DNA from: Alphaproteobacteria bacterium
GTDB taxonomy: Bacteria; Pseudomonadota; Alphaproteobacteria; MPNO01; UBA830
Assembly: GCA_965243135.1 (NCBI GenBank)
Contig: OZ251539.1
Coordinates: 3,584,001-3,648,000, forward strand
Length of the DNA: 64,000 bases
Direction of reading: 5' to 3'
Positions 31,743 through 41,507 of the stretch are shown one piece after another. The notes beneath the pieces were generated by a model. The model saw only the letters and a program-made list of their open reading frames with translations, did no database searches and was not told the origin of the DNA. Every line of letters begins with the position of its first letter. The stretch's first letter is position 1. The position numbers and the translations under genes are program-made.

Positions 31743-32297
31743 CCGCTTCTCCCGCCATTTTTCGGTCATCATGGCCGTTCGGCTCGAACGTCGTCAATCC
31801 GAATCCCGCGAATCGCCGTTCTCGCCGCGTCGCCGGGATCTCGCCATCGCTCCGCCAACGCGGCTGCGGGCCCGCTCGTGGGCGGCCCGAAGGCGCGGGA
31901 TCCGGAGTTCGCTGCAGATCCGGCTTCCCCTCGACTTCGGGTCGCCGTCCGGAAAAACATTGCGAAGCCGAGCTCTCGCGCGCGGAGCGGCCGCGCGCCA
32001 TTCGCCGCTTTGCTTCGGCATGTATTTTTAGCGGCGTTGGTCGCCCGTTCGGGCACGCCCATCTTGCCGCCCGACCCCGCCGCAACGGCCTGAGCGGGCG
32101 GTCGCCCGACTCGCGCACCCTGCATTCAAACTTGAAAGGATCCCAGGCAAAGCCGCAACGGAGGTCGGACGGCTCCTGCGGCGATGCGCGGGGCAGGTGC
32201 CGACGGCCTCGTCCGGTTCGCGGACTGCCGGGCCCGCCGCGCCGTCAGGGACGCCGCGCGGAGTCGAAAGGCGCGTTCAAGCGCCTCCCGGCCCGCG

Positions 32298-33359
32298 TCA
32301 CTGGACGGTTTCGCTCGCGCCTTCGCGGAACAGGCCGAGCTTCTCCTGAACCGGCTGGTCGGTGAAACTGAACAGAAACGCGTCGTCGTCCGCCTCGTGG
32401 CGATGCGGATACCAGGCCGGCACGACGAAGGTGTCCTTCTCCTTCCAGGAGATGGTCTGGTCGCCGATACGCGTGCGCCCGGCGCCTTCGACCACGGAAT
32501 AGACCCAAGCTGCCGTCGTTTGGTAGATGTCTCCGGAAAAGCCCGCCGGAAGCCGCTGCATGTAGGTTGCGATCGTCGGCATGACCGGACCGCCGGTCGC
32601 CGGGTTGATGTAGGCGAGCTTGATTCCGTGACGCGGATCGACCTCGCCGCTCTCCGCCAGCCGCTCCAGAGCGGCCCGCGTCTTCGCGTAGGGGTAGTGG
32701 AAGACGGGCGAATTTCCGGTGTCGAACGTCGCGCCGACCGGCAGCATGTTGACGCCGTAACGCGAGATGTTGTCTCCGACCGGCCGCCCCGCCGGAAACT
32801 CCGTTTCCGGATACGGTTCCGCGAACACCGGGCCGAGATGGCGGACCAGCGGGATGTCGAGCCCGTCCAGCCAGACGACGGGCGCTTCGCCGTCATGGCC
32901 GTGATCGTGCCATACCCAGGACGGGGTGAGGATCAGGTCGCCCACTTCCATGTACGCCTTCTCGCCGTTGATCGCGGTGTAGGCTCCGGAACCTTCGACG
33001 ATGAACCGCAGCGCGGCGGGAGAATGCCGGTGCGCCGGCGCGACTTCGCCGGGCATGATCAACTGCAACCCTGCATAAAGGGCTTCGGTTATGCAGGAGC
33101 GGCCCTCGAGCGTCGGATTCTCGAGCACCATGACGCGCCGCTCCGCTTCTTCGGCGGAGATGACGTCGGCCGCCTCCATGATGAAGGGACGGCACTCGGC
33201 GTAGTCCCACTTGTGCGGCGTGGCTGCGGTTACCGGTTCGACCGCGAGAAGATCTTGCAGCACCTCCCATAACGGAGTCATGTTTTTCGCCGCCATCCGC
33301 GCGTAGAAGTCGGCCCGCGTGTTCGTCATCCGGGGCTTTTCATGCAGAGCCCTGTTCAT
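32298..33359 (-). CDS. gtdA: gentisate 1,2-dioxygenase (bicupin)
   Basis: PLWEVL, ERRVMVLENP, LYAGLQLIMPGEVAPAHRH..ALRFIVEG, WHDHG, WLDGLDIP, YINPATGG; RBS GGGAGA before ATG 33359. Confidence 0.9.
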   Translation of the reverse strand: MNRALHEKPRMTNTRADFYARMAAKNMTPLWEVLQDLLAVEPVTAATPHKWDYAECRPFIMEAADVISAEEAERRVMVLENPTLEGRSCITEALYAGLQLIMPGEVAPAHRHSPAALRFIVEGSGAYTAINGEKAYMEVGDLILTPSWVWHDHGHDGEAPVVWLDGLDIPLVRHLGPVFAEPYPETEFPAGRPVGDNISRYGVNMLPVGATFDTGNSPVFHYPYAKTRAALERLAESGEVDPRHGIKLAYINPATGGPVMPTIATYMQRLPAGFSGDIYQTTAAWVYSVVEGAGRTRIGDQTISWKEKDTFVVPAWYPHRHEADDDAFLFSFTDQPVQEKLGLFREGASETVQ

Positions 33360-33907
33360 GGCGTGTCTCCCTGTTCGACCGGCCGGCATTCTAACCCGCA
33401 TCGTCCGCCGGCTCCACACCGGACGGCGGGATGCGTCCGGGCGACAGGTCCATGCACCGGATGGCCCGTCCGGTTTGTCCGGTTTTTTTTGAGCGCCTCC
33501 AAACCACGGAGGCGCGGCGGACGGAACGGCTGCAGGAGCCGAGAAGTTCGAAGGGACGTCGCACCCGCGCGTCCAGTCAAGGCGAATCGGGGCAGGCGTT
33601 TCGGAGCGCATGTTCCTTCCCGGCGTTCCTTTCCAGCGTCGACGTTTTCTCGCGGGGCGTCCCTCTCGCCGGGGTCTTGCCCGGCGCGTCCGTTCGCCGC
33701 AGGGACGGCGGCGGACTGTCCGGCCTCCGCGGAAACGGCGGTCTTGAAAATTCGCGGTTTTCCGCGCCCGACGCGGGGAGATTCTCCGTCCTTCGAAGGC
33801 CGTCGGAATTTCAGGACGCCAGGAACGGCGGCCGCCCTCGACAAGGCGCAGGCCGAACCCGCGGCGCGAGCGGCGGCCTTTCGCGGAGGCGGCCGTCGGA
33901 AAGCCGT

Positions 33908-36295
33908 TCAGGCGGCTTCGCAATCGAACCCGACGACGTTGCGTTCTTGGCGGCTGAACTCCACCCCGATCAGGTGGACCGAACGCCCGAGACGGCGGTA
34001 CTTGTCCGCGTAGCCCTTCTCCCGCAGCTGCGCGAGCGCGGTCCCCTCCCGCCCGCGCTCCACCACCTTGAACTCGAACAGGTAGACGCGCCCGCCGGCG
34101 CGGATCGCCATGTCGGCGCGCCCCAGGCTGCCGCTGTCCTCGGCCACCGGCTCGAAGCCCTCCATCAGGAAGCAGCTGTGGATGACGCTCGCGTAGTGGG
34201 CCTCGTACTTCGCGACGGGGCTGTTCATGTACCATTGGTGCGGGATGGCGGCGAAGACGCCGCGGAACAGGGTCCCGAGGCGCTCGAAGTCGTTCGCCTC
34301 CAGCAGTTCGCCCAGCCGCAGGCGCGCCGTCTTCTTGCGCGCCTCGACCGGGAGCAGTTCTTCCAGCAGGGCCTCGCCCAGGCTCTGGCGCACCTCGAGG
34401 TTCGGATAGTCCAGCCGGTAGCGCCCGTCCTCCTCGCCCGCGATGGGTAGAGTCGAGGACTGGCGCGTTAGCTTTAGGGTCCGGTGGATGTTCCGTCGCT
34501 TTCGCTCCGGGCCTCAGTCCGGCTCCCGTGGCCACGTTTCCAGTCCCCGCTCTCCGAACCGGACGTGCGGATTTCCCGCGCCTCCAGCAGGATCATGCGT
34601 CTCGCCCACGGATGGATTGTCAGCGTTCCCAAAAAACGGCCGGTTTTCCGGACCCGGGAGTTGCACCGTCTCCCATATTTTCCGCCTGTTCTCGCTTTCC
34701 AACCCGTCGCCGAGCCTGTTTACGCCTCGACGACCCCGGCCTCTCGACCGGGTTCCTTCGCTTGTGACGCTTCCGGGATCTCTGGCATGTAGTCGGTTGT
34801 TAGGCATAGCCAATCTCCGAGCCCTTCTCCCTTGCGGCGCCCTTCCTCGCCTGAGGCCCCTTTCCTCCGCCGGCGTTACCCGGCTTCTCCGGTACTACGG
34901 GCCTCTCCGCCACCCTGCCGGCCCGGCCTGCCCCTCGCGGGGTTCCGGTTGACTCGTGCGCGTCACCGACAGGGCTTCCCGTGTTGCTGCTTCCTTCATC
35001 TTCCATGCGTGCCGACATCACTACCCCGGCGGAAACGGTCGGTGCTTTTGTCGTTCTCTTCCCGACCGTCGGCGGCTTTCCCCTAACCTCAGGAGGGTCA
35101 GCTTCCGCATTGACCGTTTCGAGGCCTGCTCAATGTTCACTACTCGTTTCGGCCCGCGTGTTCGCTGAGCGGCCTTCGCCGCCCTTTCCCAGAGTGCTTC
35201 AGCCTACATCGTTACCTCCGTAAACCGCCCTGGCCGCTACCAACCGGAACGACAGTTGTTGGGTGGGATTCGCACCCACCAGAAGAAAGCGCCTTTCCAC
35301 GGCGCACTGAGGTAGCCGGTCTGGAACAGAAGCGCCTCGACATTGTCCACGTCGAAGGCCGAGAGCAGGCTCTCGCTGCCGATCATGCCGTCCAGGTCGG
35401 GCGTGGGCAGGTCGCGGCGCGTCAGCGTCTCGACCAGGAAGGTCGGCGTGCCGCTCAGGAACCAGTAGTTGCCGAACTTGCGTTTGTCGAACAGCAGCAG
35501 GATGTCGAACGGGTTGTAGATCTTTTCCGGTCCGAGCCAGTTGTAGCCGTTGTACCAGCGCCGGACCTCGTCCCGGTCCAGGCCCTCGAGTTCCGGGGCG
35601 AAGACCGCGTCCAGTTCGTCGTCCGTGTAGCCGCAGATATCGCCGTAGCGCTCGTCCAGCGTGATGTCGTTCAGGTTGTTCAGGCCAGAGAACAGGCCCG
35701 CTTTCGAGAATTTGCTCACCCCCGTCAGGAAAACGAAGCGGAGCTGCCTGTCGCAAGCCACCCCGTACAAGCTGCGCAGGAAATTGCGGTTGGCCAGCGC
35801 CAGTTCCCGGTCGCCGAGCGCGTCCAGAATCGGCTTGTCGTATTCGTCCACCAGAACGACCACCTTCTGCCCTGTGCGCTCGTGCAGCGTCCTTATCAGG
35901 CGCCGGAAACGGACCGCTGCCCCGGCGGGGCCCGGTTCGAGGCCGGCCTGCATCTCCGCCTCTTCCAGCTGCGCTTCCACGGTTTCCCGAACCCCGTCCG
36001 GAGTGTCGAAATCGCCCACGCCGCTGAAATCCAGCCGCACGACCGGGTGGCGCGCCGACCAGTCCCACTTGCCGTGCACGGCGAGGCCCCGGAACAACTC
36101 CTCGCTTCCCTCGAACAGCTCCTGCAGCGTGTCCACCAGCAGGCTCTTGCCGAACCGGCGCGGACGCGACAGGAAGTAATACTTGCCCCTCTCGACGAGG
36201 CGGCGCACATGGTCCGTCTTGTCGACGTAGTAGCAATCCATCCCCCGGATCTCCCGGAGGGAGGTCATGCCGATCGGAAGCATGCGTCTCGTCAT
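33908..36295 (-). CDS. AAA-ATPase-like + PD-(D/E)XK nuclease, copy 1, split by a group II intron (exons 36295-35308 and 34446-33908)
   Basis: Joined exons are 1527 nt = 508 aa, colinear with copies 2 and 3 (YYVDKT, SRPRRFGKS, VDEYDKP, TGYLTI, RADMAI..FEFKV..ALAQ). Confidence 0.85.
34447..35307 (-). mobile_element. ORF-less group II intron, 861 nt
   Basis: Starts GTGCG and ends CCTCGACTCTAC; DV-like GCGGGAAATCCGCACGTCCGGTTC plus long DVI; EBS1 TGAGGT matches exon end ACCTCA; removal restores the host frame; no RT motifs. Confidence 0.93.
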
Positions 36296-36549
36296 CCGAA
36301 GAGAGTAGGCCGCAGTGCCGGAACCGTCAAGGAAGAGACGGCCGCGAGCGTGATTGCGTTCGGGCCGCGGCGGGAATTCTCGCCTCCTTTCCAGCCGCCG
36401 CGACCGAGCGCGCTACGACAGGCTTTTCCTGAGCGACAGGGTAGTCAAGGCAACGACTGCGCCAAGCCGAAGCGGGGAAGCGTGTCGCGGCGGCCAGCCC
36501 CTTCGGTAACGATGCTGCCTCGATGCATCTTCCGCGCGGGGCGGACGCC

Positions 36550-37617
36550 TCAGCGGGAATCGCTGCGGAGCTTTATCAAATAACGGAAGAGATCCAGGTA
36601 GCGTTGTATGATGGCCTGTCTTGAGAACTCGGTTTCGAAACGCCGACGTCCCGATGTCGCCAAATTTCGACGGAGCTCCGGGTTTTCGATTAAACGAAAA
36701 ATCGACTTCGCCAGCGCTTCCGTGTCGTCGATCGGAGTTAGCAAACCATCCAACCCGTCCCTGATCAGCCACGCCGGTCCTTTCGAAGCGCACGCCACGA
36801 TCGGCGTTCGGGACGCCCATGATTCGACGATAACGATGCCGAAAGACTCATGCCTCGAAGGGTGAACAACAATATCGGCGCTCGCAATCAGATTCGAAAT
36901 ATCTTCGCGCCAACCGAGGAAACGAATCCTCGAACCTATCCCGATATCCCGCGCCTGTTTCACAAGGCGCGCTCGTTCATCTCCCTCTCCGGCAAGCAAG
37001 AGAAAAACGCCTTCAAGGAGTTTCATCGCATGTAGAAGGACATCGAACCTTTTTGCCGGAGCCAACCTGCCGGCGGCCAACAGCAAAGGGGCGTCCTCAG
37101 GAATATCGAGAGAGTCACGGGGGAGGGGGCTTTCATTTCCAGGTTCATTGATCGGAAAATTGGGAATAAAACTTATCCTTTCTCTAGGCCAGCCATTGTC
37201 GACCGCGAATTGAAGAATATCCGGAGTTACCGCAATCAAATGATCGGAATTATTGATTTGCCTCCTGACATTGTAGTACCCGTCGAGCCGCCCAACCCTC
37301 ACGGCGGAATGTTCGGCAAATCTGGATGCATGACCATTCATCACTGCAGCTCTTGTCTTCCATGAAAGTATGATATCCGGTCGGAATCTATCGATCTCCT
37401 TCGCAATATATGGAATGGATTTGAAATCGAACCACCGTCCCAACGGAAGGGTGACCGTTTCCACCTCAGCCGCTTGGAGCCGCGTAGTGAACGACGCGTG
37501 ATCGCGAACGAACGTACGCTGCGTTATCCCTTGTTTCTGGAAGCTTTCGGCGCATTTGACGAATAATTCTTGCACGCCGCCGAATGGATCTCCTGTCAGC
37601 GTTTGCAACAACCTCAT
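36550..37617 (-). CDS. GT4 (GT-B) glycosyltransferase, copy 1
   Basis: GGVQE, AGRLAPAKRFD, FLGWRED, PSRHESFGIVIVE (EX7E); AT-richer than its flanks. Confidence 0.9.
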   Translation of the reverse strand: MRLLQTLTGDPFGGVQELFVKCAESFQKQGITQRTFVRDHASFTTRLQAAEVETVTLPLGRWFDFKSIPYIAKEIDRFRPDIILSWKTRAAVMNGHASRFAEHSAVRVGRLDGYYNVRRQINNSDHLIAVTPDILQFAVDNGWPRERISFIPNFPINEPGNESPLPRDSLDIPEDAPLLLAAGRLAPAKRFDVLLHAMKLLEGVFLLLAGEGDERARLVKQARDIGIGSRIRFLGWREDISNLIASADIVVHPSRHESFGIVIVESWASRTPIVACASKGPAWLIRDGLDGLLTPIDDTEALAKSIFRLIENPELRRNLATSGRRRFETEFSRQAIIQRYLDLFRYLIKLRSDSR

Positions 37618-37997
37618 TTGGACGAACCCTGCATTTTATTATTCAAAATTACCTCGCTATAGAAGATAAAGTATCGGACAACCACCTGCGATATCGTTTG
37701 GCGTCGTTAACGGACGACCGGTCCACATACCCCGTCCGGATTTAGAACGCTCCCAGACCAAGGAGGCGGCAGCGTCCGGGCGGATTGCCCGAGACGGTTT
37801 CCGCGGAAACGGCGGTCTCGAAAATTCGCGGTTTTCCGCTCTCGAAGCGGGGAAATTCTCCCTCCCTTGAAGGCCGTCGCCATTTCAGGACGCCAGGAAC
37901 GGCGGCCGCCCTCGGCGAGGCGCTGGCCGCCCCGAACATGCGACAGCCTTTCGCGGAGGCGGCTGCCGAAATGTCCGAACGGGACACTCGCCCGGCT

Positions 37998-39542
37998 TCA
38001 GGCGGCCTCGCAATCGAACCCGACGACGTTGCGCTCCTCGCGGCTGAACTCCACCCCGATCAGGTGCACCGAACGACCGAGATGGCGGTACTTGTCCGCG
38101 TAACCCTTCTCCCGCAGCTGCGCGAGCGCGACCCCCTCCCGCCCGTGCTCCACCACCTTGAACTCGAACAGGTAGACGCGCCCGTCGGCGCGGATCGCCA
38201 TGTCGGCGCGCCCCCGGCTGCCGCTGTCCTCCGCGACCGGCTCGAGGCCCTCCATCAGGAAGCAACTGTGGATGACGCTCGCGTAGTGGGCCTCGTACTT
38301 CGCGACCGGGCTGTTCATGTACCACTGGTGCGGAATGGCGGCGAAGACGCCGCGGAACAGGGTCCCGAGGCGCTCGAAGTCGTTCGCTTTCAGCAGTTCG
38401 CCCAGCCGCAGGTTCTCCGTTTCCTCGCGGGCCTCGTTCGGGAGCAACTCTCCCAGCAGGGCTTCGCCCAGGCTTTGGCGCACCTCGAGGTTCGGGTAGT
38501 CCAGCCTGTAACGTCTCCCGCCGTCCTCCTCGCCGGCGATGGTCAGGTAGCCGGTCTGGAACAGAAGCGCCTCGACCGAGATCCTGTCCACGTCGAAGGT
38601 CGAGAGCAGGCTCTCGCTGCCGATCATGCCGTCCAGGCGGGGAGTGGGCAGGTTGCGGCGCGTCAGCGTCTCGACCAGGAAGGTCGGCGTGCCGCTCAGG
38701 AACCAGTGGTTGCCGAACTCGCCCGTTTCGAAGAGAAGGAGGATGTCGAACGGGTTGTAGAGCTTGTCCGCGCCGCGCCAGTTGTAGCCGTTGTACCAGC
38801 GGCGGATCTCGTCCCGGTCCAGGCCCTCGAGTTCGGGGGCGAAGACCGCGTCCAGCTCCGAGTCCGTGTAGCCGCAGATGGAGCCGAAACGGGGGTCGAG
38901 GGTGACGTCGCGCAGGTTGTTCAGGCCCGAGAACAGGCCCGCCTGCGAGAACTTGCTCACCCCCGTCAGGAAAACGAAACGGAGATGCCTGTCGCAGGCC
39001 TTGATCACCCCGTACAGGCTGCGCAGGAAGTCGCGGTTGGCCAGCGCCAGCTCCCGGTCGCCGAGCGCGTCCAGAATCGGCTTGTCGTATTCGTCCACCA
39101 GAACGACCGCCTGCCGCCCGGTGCGCTCGTGCAGCGTCCTTATCAGGCGCCGGAAACGGATCGCCGCCCCGGCGGGGCCCGGTTCGAGGCCGGCTTGCAT
39201 CTCCGTCTCTTCCAGCTGCGCTTCCACGGTTTCCCGAGCCCCGTCCGGGCCGTCGAAACGGCCCACGCCGCTGAAATCCAGCCGCACGACCGGATGGCGC
39301 GCCGACCAGTCCCACCCGTCGTGCACGGCGAGGCCCCGGAACAACTCCTCGCTTCCTTCGAACAGCTCCTGCAGCGTGTCCACCAGCAGGCTCTTGCCGA
39401 ACCGGCGCGGACGCGACAGGAAATTGTACTTGCCCCTCTCGACGAGACGGCGCGCATGGTCCGTCTTGTCGACGTAGTAGCAGTCCATTTTCCGGATCTC
39501 CCGGAGGGAGGTCATGCCGGTCGGAAGCATGCGTTTCGTCAT
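37998..39542 (-). CDS. AAA-ATPase-like + PD-(D/E)XK nuclease, copy 2
   Basis: RPRRFGKS Walker A, VDEYDKP, GRADMAI..FEFKV..AL.Q. Confidence 0.92.
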   Translation of the reverse strand: MTKRMLPTGMTSLREIRKMDCYYVDKTDHARRLVERGKYNFLSRPRRFGKSLLVDTLQELFEGSEELFRGLAVHDGWDWSARHPVVRLDFSGVGRFDGPDGARETVEAQLEETEMQAGLEPGPAGAAIRFRRLIRTLHERTGRQAVVLVDEYDKPILDALGDRELALANRDFLRSLYGVIKACDRHLRFVFLTGVSKFSQAGLFSGLNNLRDVTLDPRFGSICGYTDSELDAVFAPELEGLDRDEIRRWYNGYNWRGADKLYNPFDILLLFETGEFGNHWFLSGTPTFLVETLTRRNLPTPRLDGMIGSESLLSTFDVDRISVEALLFQTGYLTIAGEEDGGRRYRLDYPNLEVRQSLGEALLGELLPNEAREETENLRLGELLKANDFERLGTLFRGVFAAIPHQWYMNSPVAKYEAHYASVIHSCFLMEGLEPVAEDSGSRGRADMAIRADGRVYLFEFKVVEHGREGVALAQLREKGYADKYRHLGRSVHLIGVEFSREERNVVGFDCEAA

Positions 39543-39869
39543 TCGAAGAGGATAGGCCGCCGCGCCGGAACCGTCAAGGCGGCGGCCGCGAGCGTAATTT
39601 CCAGTTCATTTTTCCGGTTTTGCGATTCGATAACCGCCCCCGCCTCAAGGACCGGAAAACGCCCTGTCGCATGATTGCGTTCGGGCAACGGCGGGAATTC
39701 TCGCCTCCTGTCCAGCCGCCGCGACCGAGAATGCTACGACAGGCTTTCCCCGAGCGACAGGGTAGCCAAGGCAACGACTGCGCCAAACCGAAACCGGGAA
39801 GCGTGTCGCGGCGGCCAGTCCCACGGAAACGATGCCGCCTCGACGCATCTCTCGCGCAGGGCGGCCGCC

Positions 39870-40937
39870 TCAGCGGGAATTGCTTCGGAGCTTCATCAAA
39901 TCACGGAAGAGATCCAGGTAGCGTTGTATAATGGCCGACCTTGAGAACTCGGCTTCGAAACGCCGACGTCCCGATGCCGCCAAATTTCGACGGAGCTCCG
40001 GGTTTTCGATTAAACGAAAAATCGACTTCGCCAGCGCTTCCGCGTCGTCGATCGGAGTTAGCAAACCATCCAATCCGTCCCTGATCAGCCACGCCGGTCC
40101 TTTCGAAGCGCACGCCACGATCGGCGTTCGAGACGCCCATGATTCGACGATAACGATGCCGAAAGGCTCATGCCTCGAAGGGTGAACAACAATATCCGCG
40201 CTCGCAATCAGATTCGAAATATCTCCGCGCCAACCGAGGAAACGAACCCTCGAACCTATCCCGATATCCCGCGCCTGTTTCACAAGACGCGCTCGTTCAT
40301 CTCCCTCTCCGGCAAGCAAGAGAAAAACGCCTTCAAGGAGTTTCATCGCATGTAGAAGAACATCGAACCCTTTTGCCGGAGCCAACCTGCCGACGGCCAA
40401 CAGCAAAGGGGCGTCCTCAGGAATATCGAGAGAGTCACGGGGGAGGAGGATTTCATTTCCAGGTTCATTGATCGGAAAATTGGGAATAAAACTTATCCTT
40501 TCTGTAGGCCAGACATTGTCGACCGCGAATTGAAGAATATCCGGAGTTACCGCAATCAAATGATCGGAATTATTGATTTGCCTCCTGACATTGTAGTATC
40601 CGTCGAGCCGCCCAACCCTCACGGCGGAATGTTCGGCAAATCTGGATGCATGACCATTCATCACCGCAGCTCTTGTTTTCCATGAAAGTATGATATCCGG
40701 TCGGAATCTATCGATCTCCTTCGCAATGTATGGAATGGATTTGAAATCGAACCACCGTCCCAACGGAAGGGTGACCGTTTCCACCCCAGCCGCTTGGAGC
40801 CGCGTAGTGAACGACGCGTGATCGCGAACGAACGTACGCTGCGTTATCCTTTGTTTCTGGAAGATTTCGGCGCATTTGACGAATAATTCTTGCACGCCTC
40901 CGAATGGATCTCCTGTCAGCGTTTGCAACAACCTCAT
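39870..40937 (-). CDS. GT4 glycosyltransferase, copy 2
   Basis: Near-identical to copy 1; VGRLAPAKGFD, HEPFGIVIVE. Confidence 0.9.
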   Translation of the reverse strand: MRLLQTLTGDPFGGVQELFVKCAEIFQKQRITQRTFVRDHASFTTRLQAAGVETVTLPLGRWFDFKSIPYIAKEIDRFRPDIILSWKTRAAVMNGHASRFAEHSAVRVGRLDGYYNVRRQINNSDHLIAVTPDILQFAVDNVWPTERISFIPNFPINEPGNEILLPRDSLDIPEDAPLLLAVGRLAPAKGFDVLLHAMKLLEGVFLLLAGEGDERARLVKQARDIGIGSRVRFLGWRGDISNLIASADIVVHPSRHEPFGIVIVESWASRTPIVACASKGPAWLIRDGLDGLLTPIDDAEALAKSIFRLIENPELRRNLAASGRRRFEAEFSRSAIIQRYLDLFRDLMKLRSNSR

Positions 40938-41507
40938 TTGGACAAACCCTGCATTTTATTTTTCAAAATTACCTCGCTATAGAAGATAAAGTATCGGACA
41001 ACGACCTGCGATATCGTTTGGCGTCGTTAACGGACGACCGGTCCACATGCCCCGTCCGGATTTAGAACGCTCCCAGACCAAGGAGGCGGACGGAGCGGCT
41101 GCAGGGACCGAGGAAGTTCGAAGCGGCGTCGCGCCCGTCACCGGGTCAAGGCGAATCGGGGCAGGCGTTTCGAAGCGCATGTTCCTTCCCGGCCTCCCTT
41201 TTCAGCGTCGACGTTTTCTCGCGGAGCGTCCCTCTCGCCGGAGTCTTGCCCGGCGCGTCCGTTCGCCGCAGGAGCGGCGTCCGGGCGGATTGCCCGAGAC
41301 GGTTTCTGCGGAAACGGCGGTCTCGAAAATTCACGGTTTTCCGAGCCCAAAGCAGGGAAATTCTCCCTCCCTTGAAGGCCGTCGCCATTTCAGGACGCCA
41401 GGAACGGCGGCCGCCCTCGGCGAGGCGCTGGCCGCCCCGAACATGCGACGGCCTTTCGCGGAGGCGGCTGCCGAAATGTCCGAACGGAACATCGAACTCG
41501 TCCGGCT

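Noticed and set aside
32298-34535. 745-aa extended gentisate dioxygenase
   Set aside because: The upstream part is off-frame AAA exon 2 and spacer; the real start is ATG 33359 with an RBS.
34447-35307. Diversity-generating retroelement or retron
   Set aside because: No RT is encoded. Paralog differences are not adenine-specific and the RNA has group II intron hallmarks.
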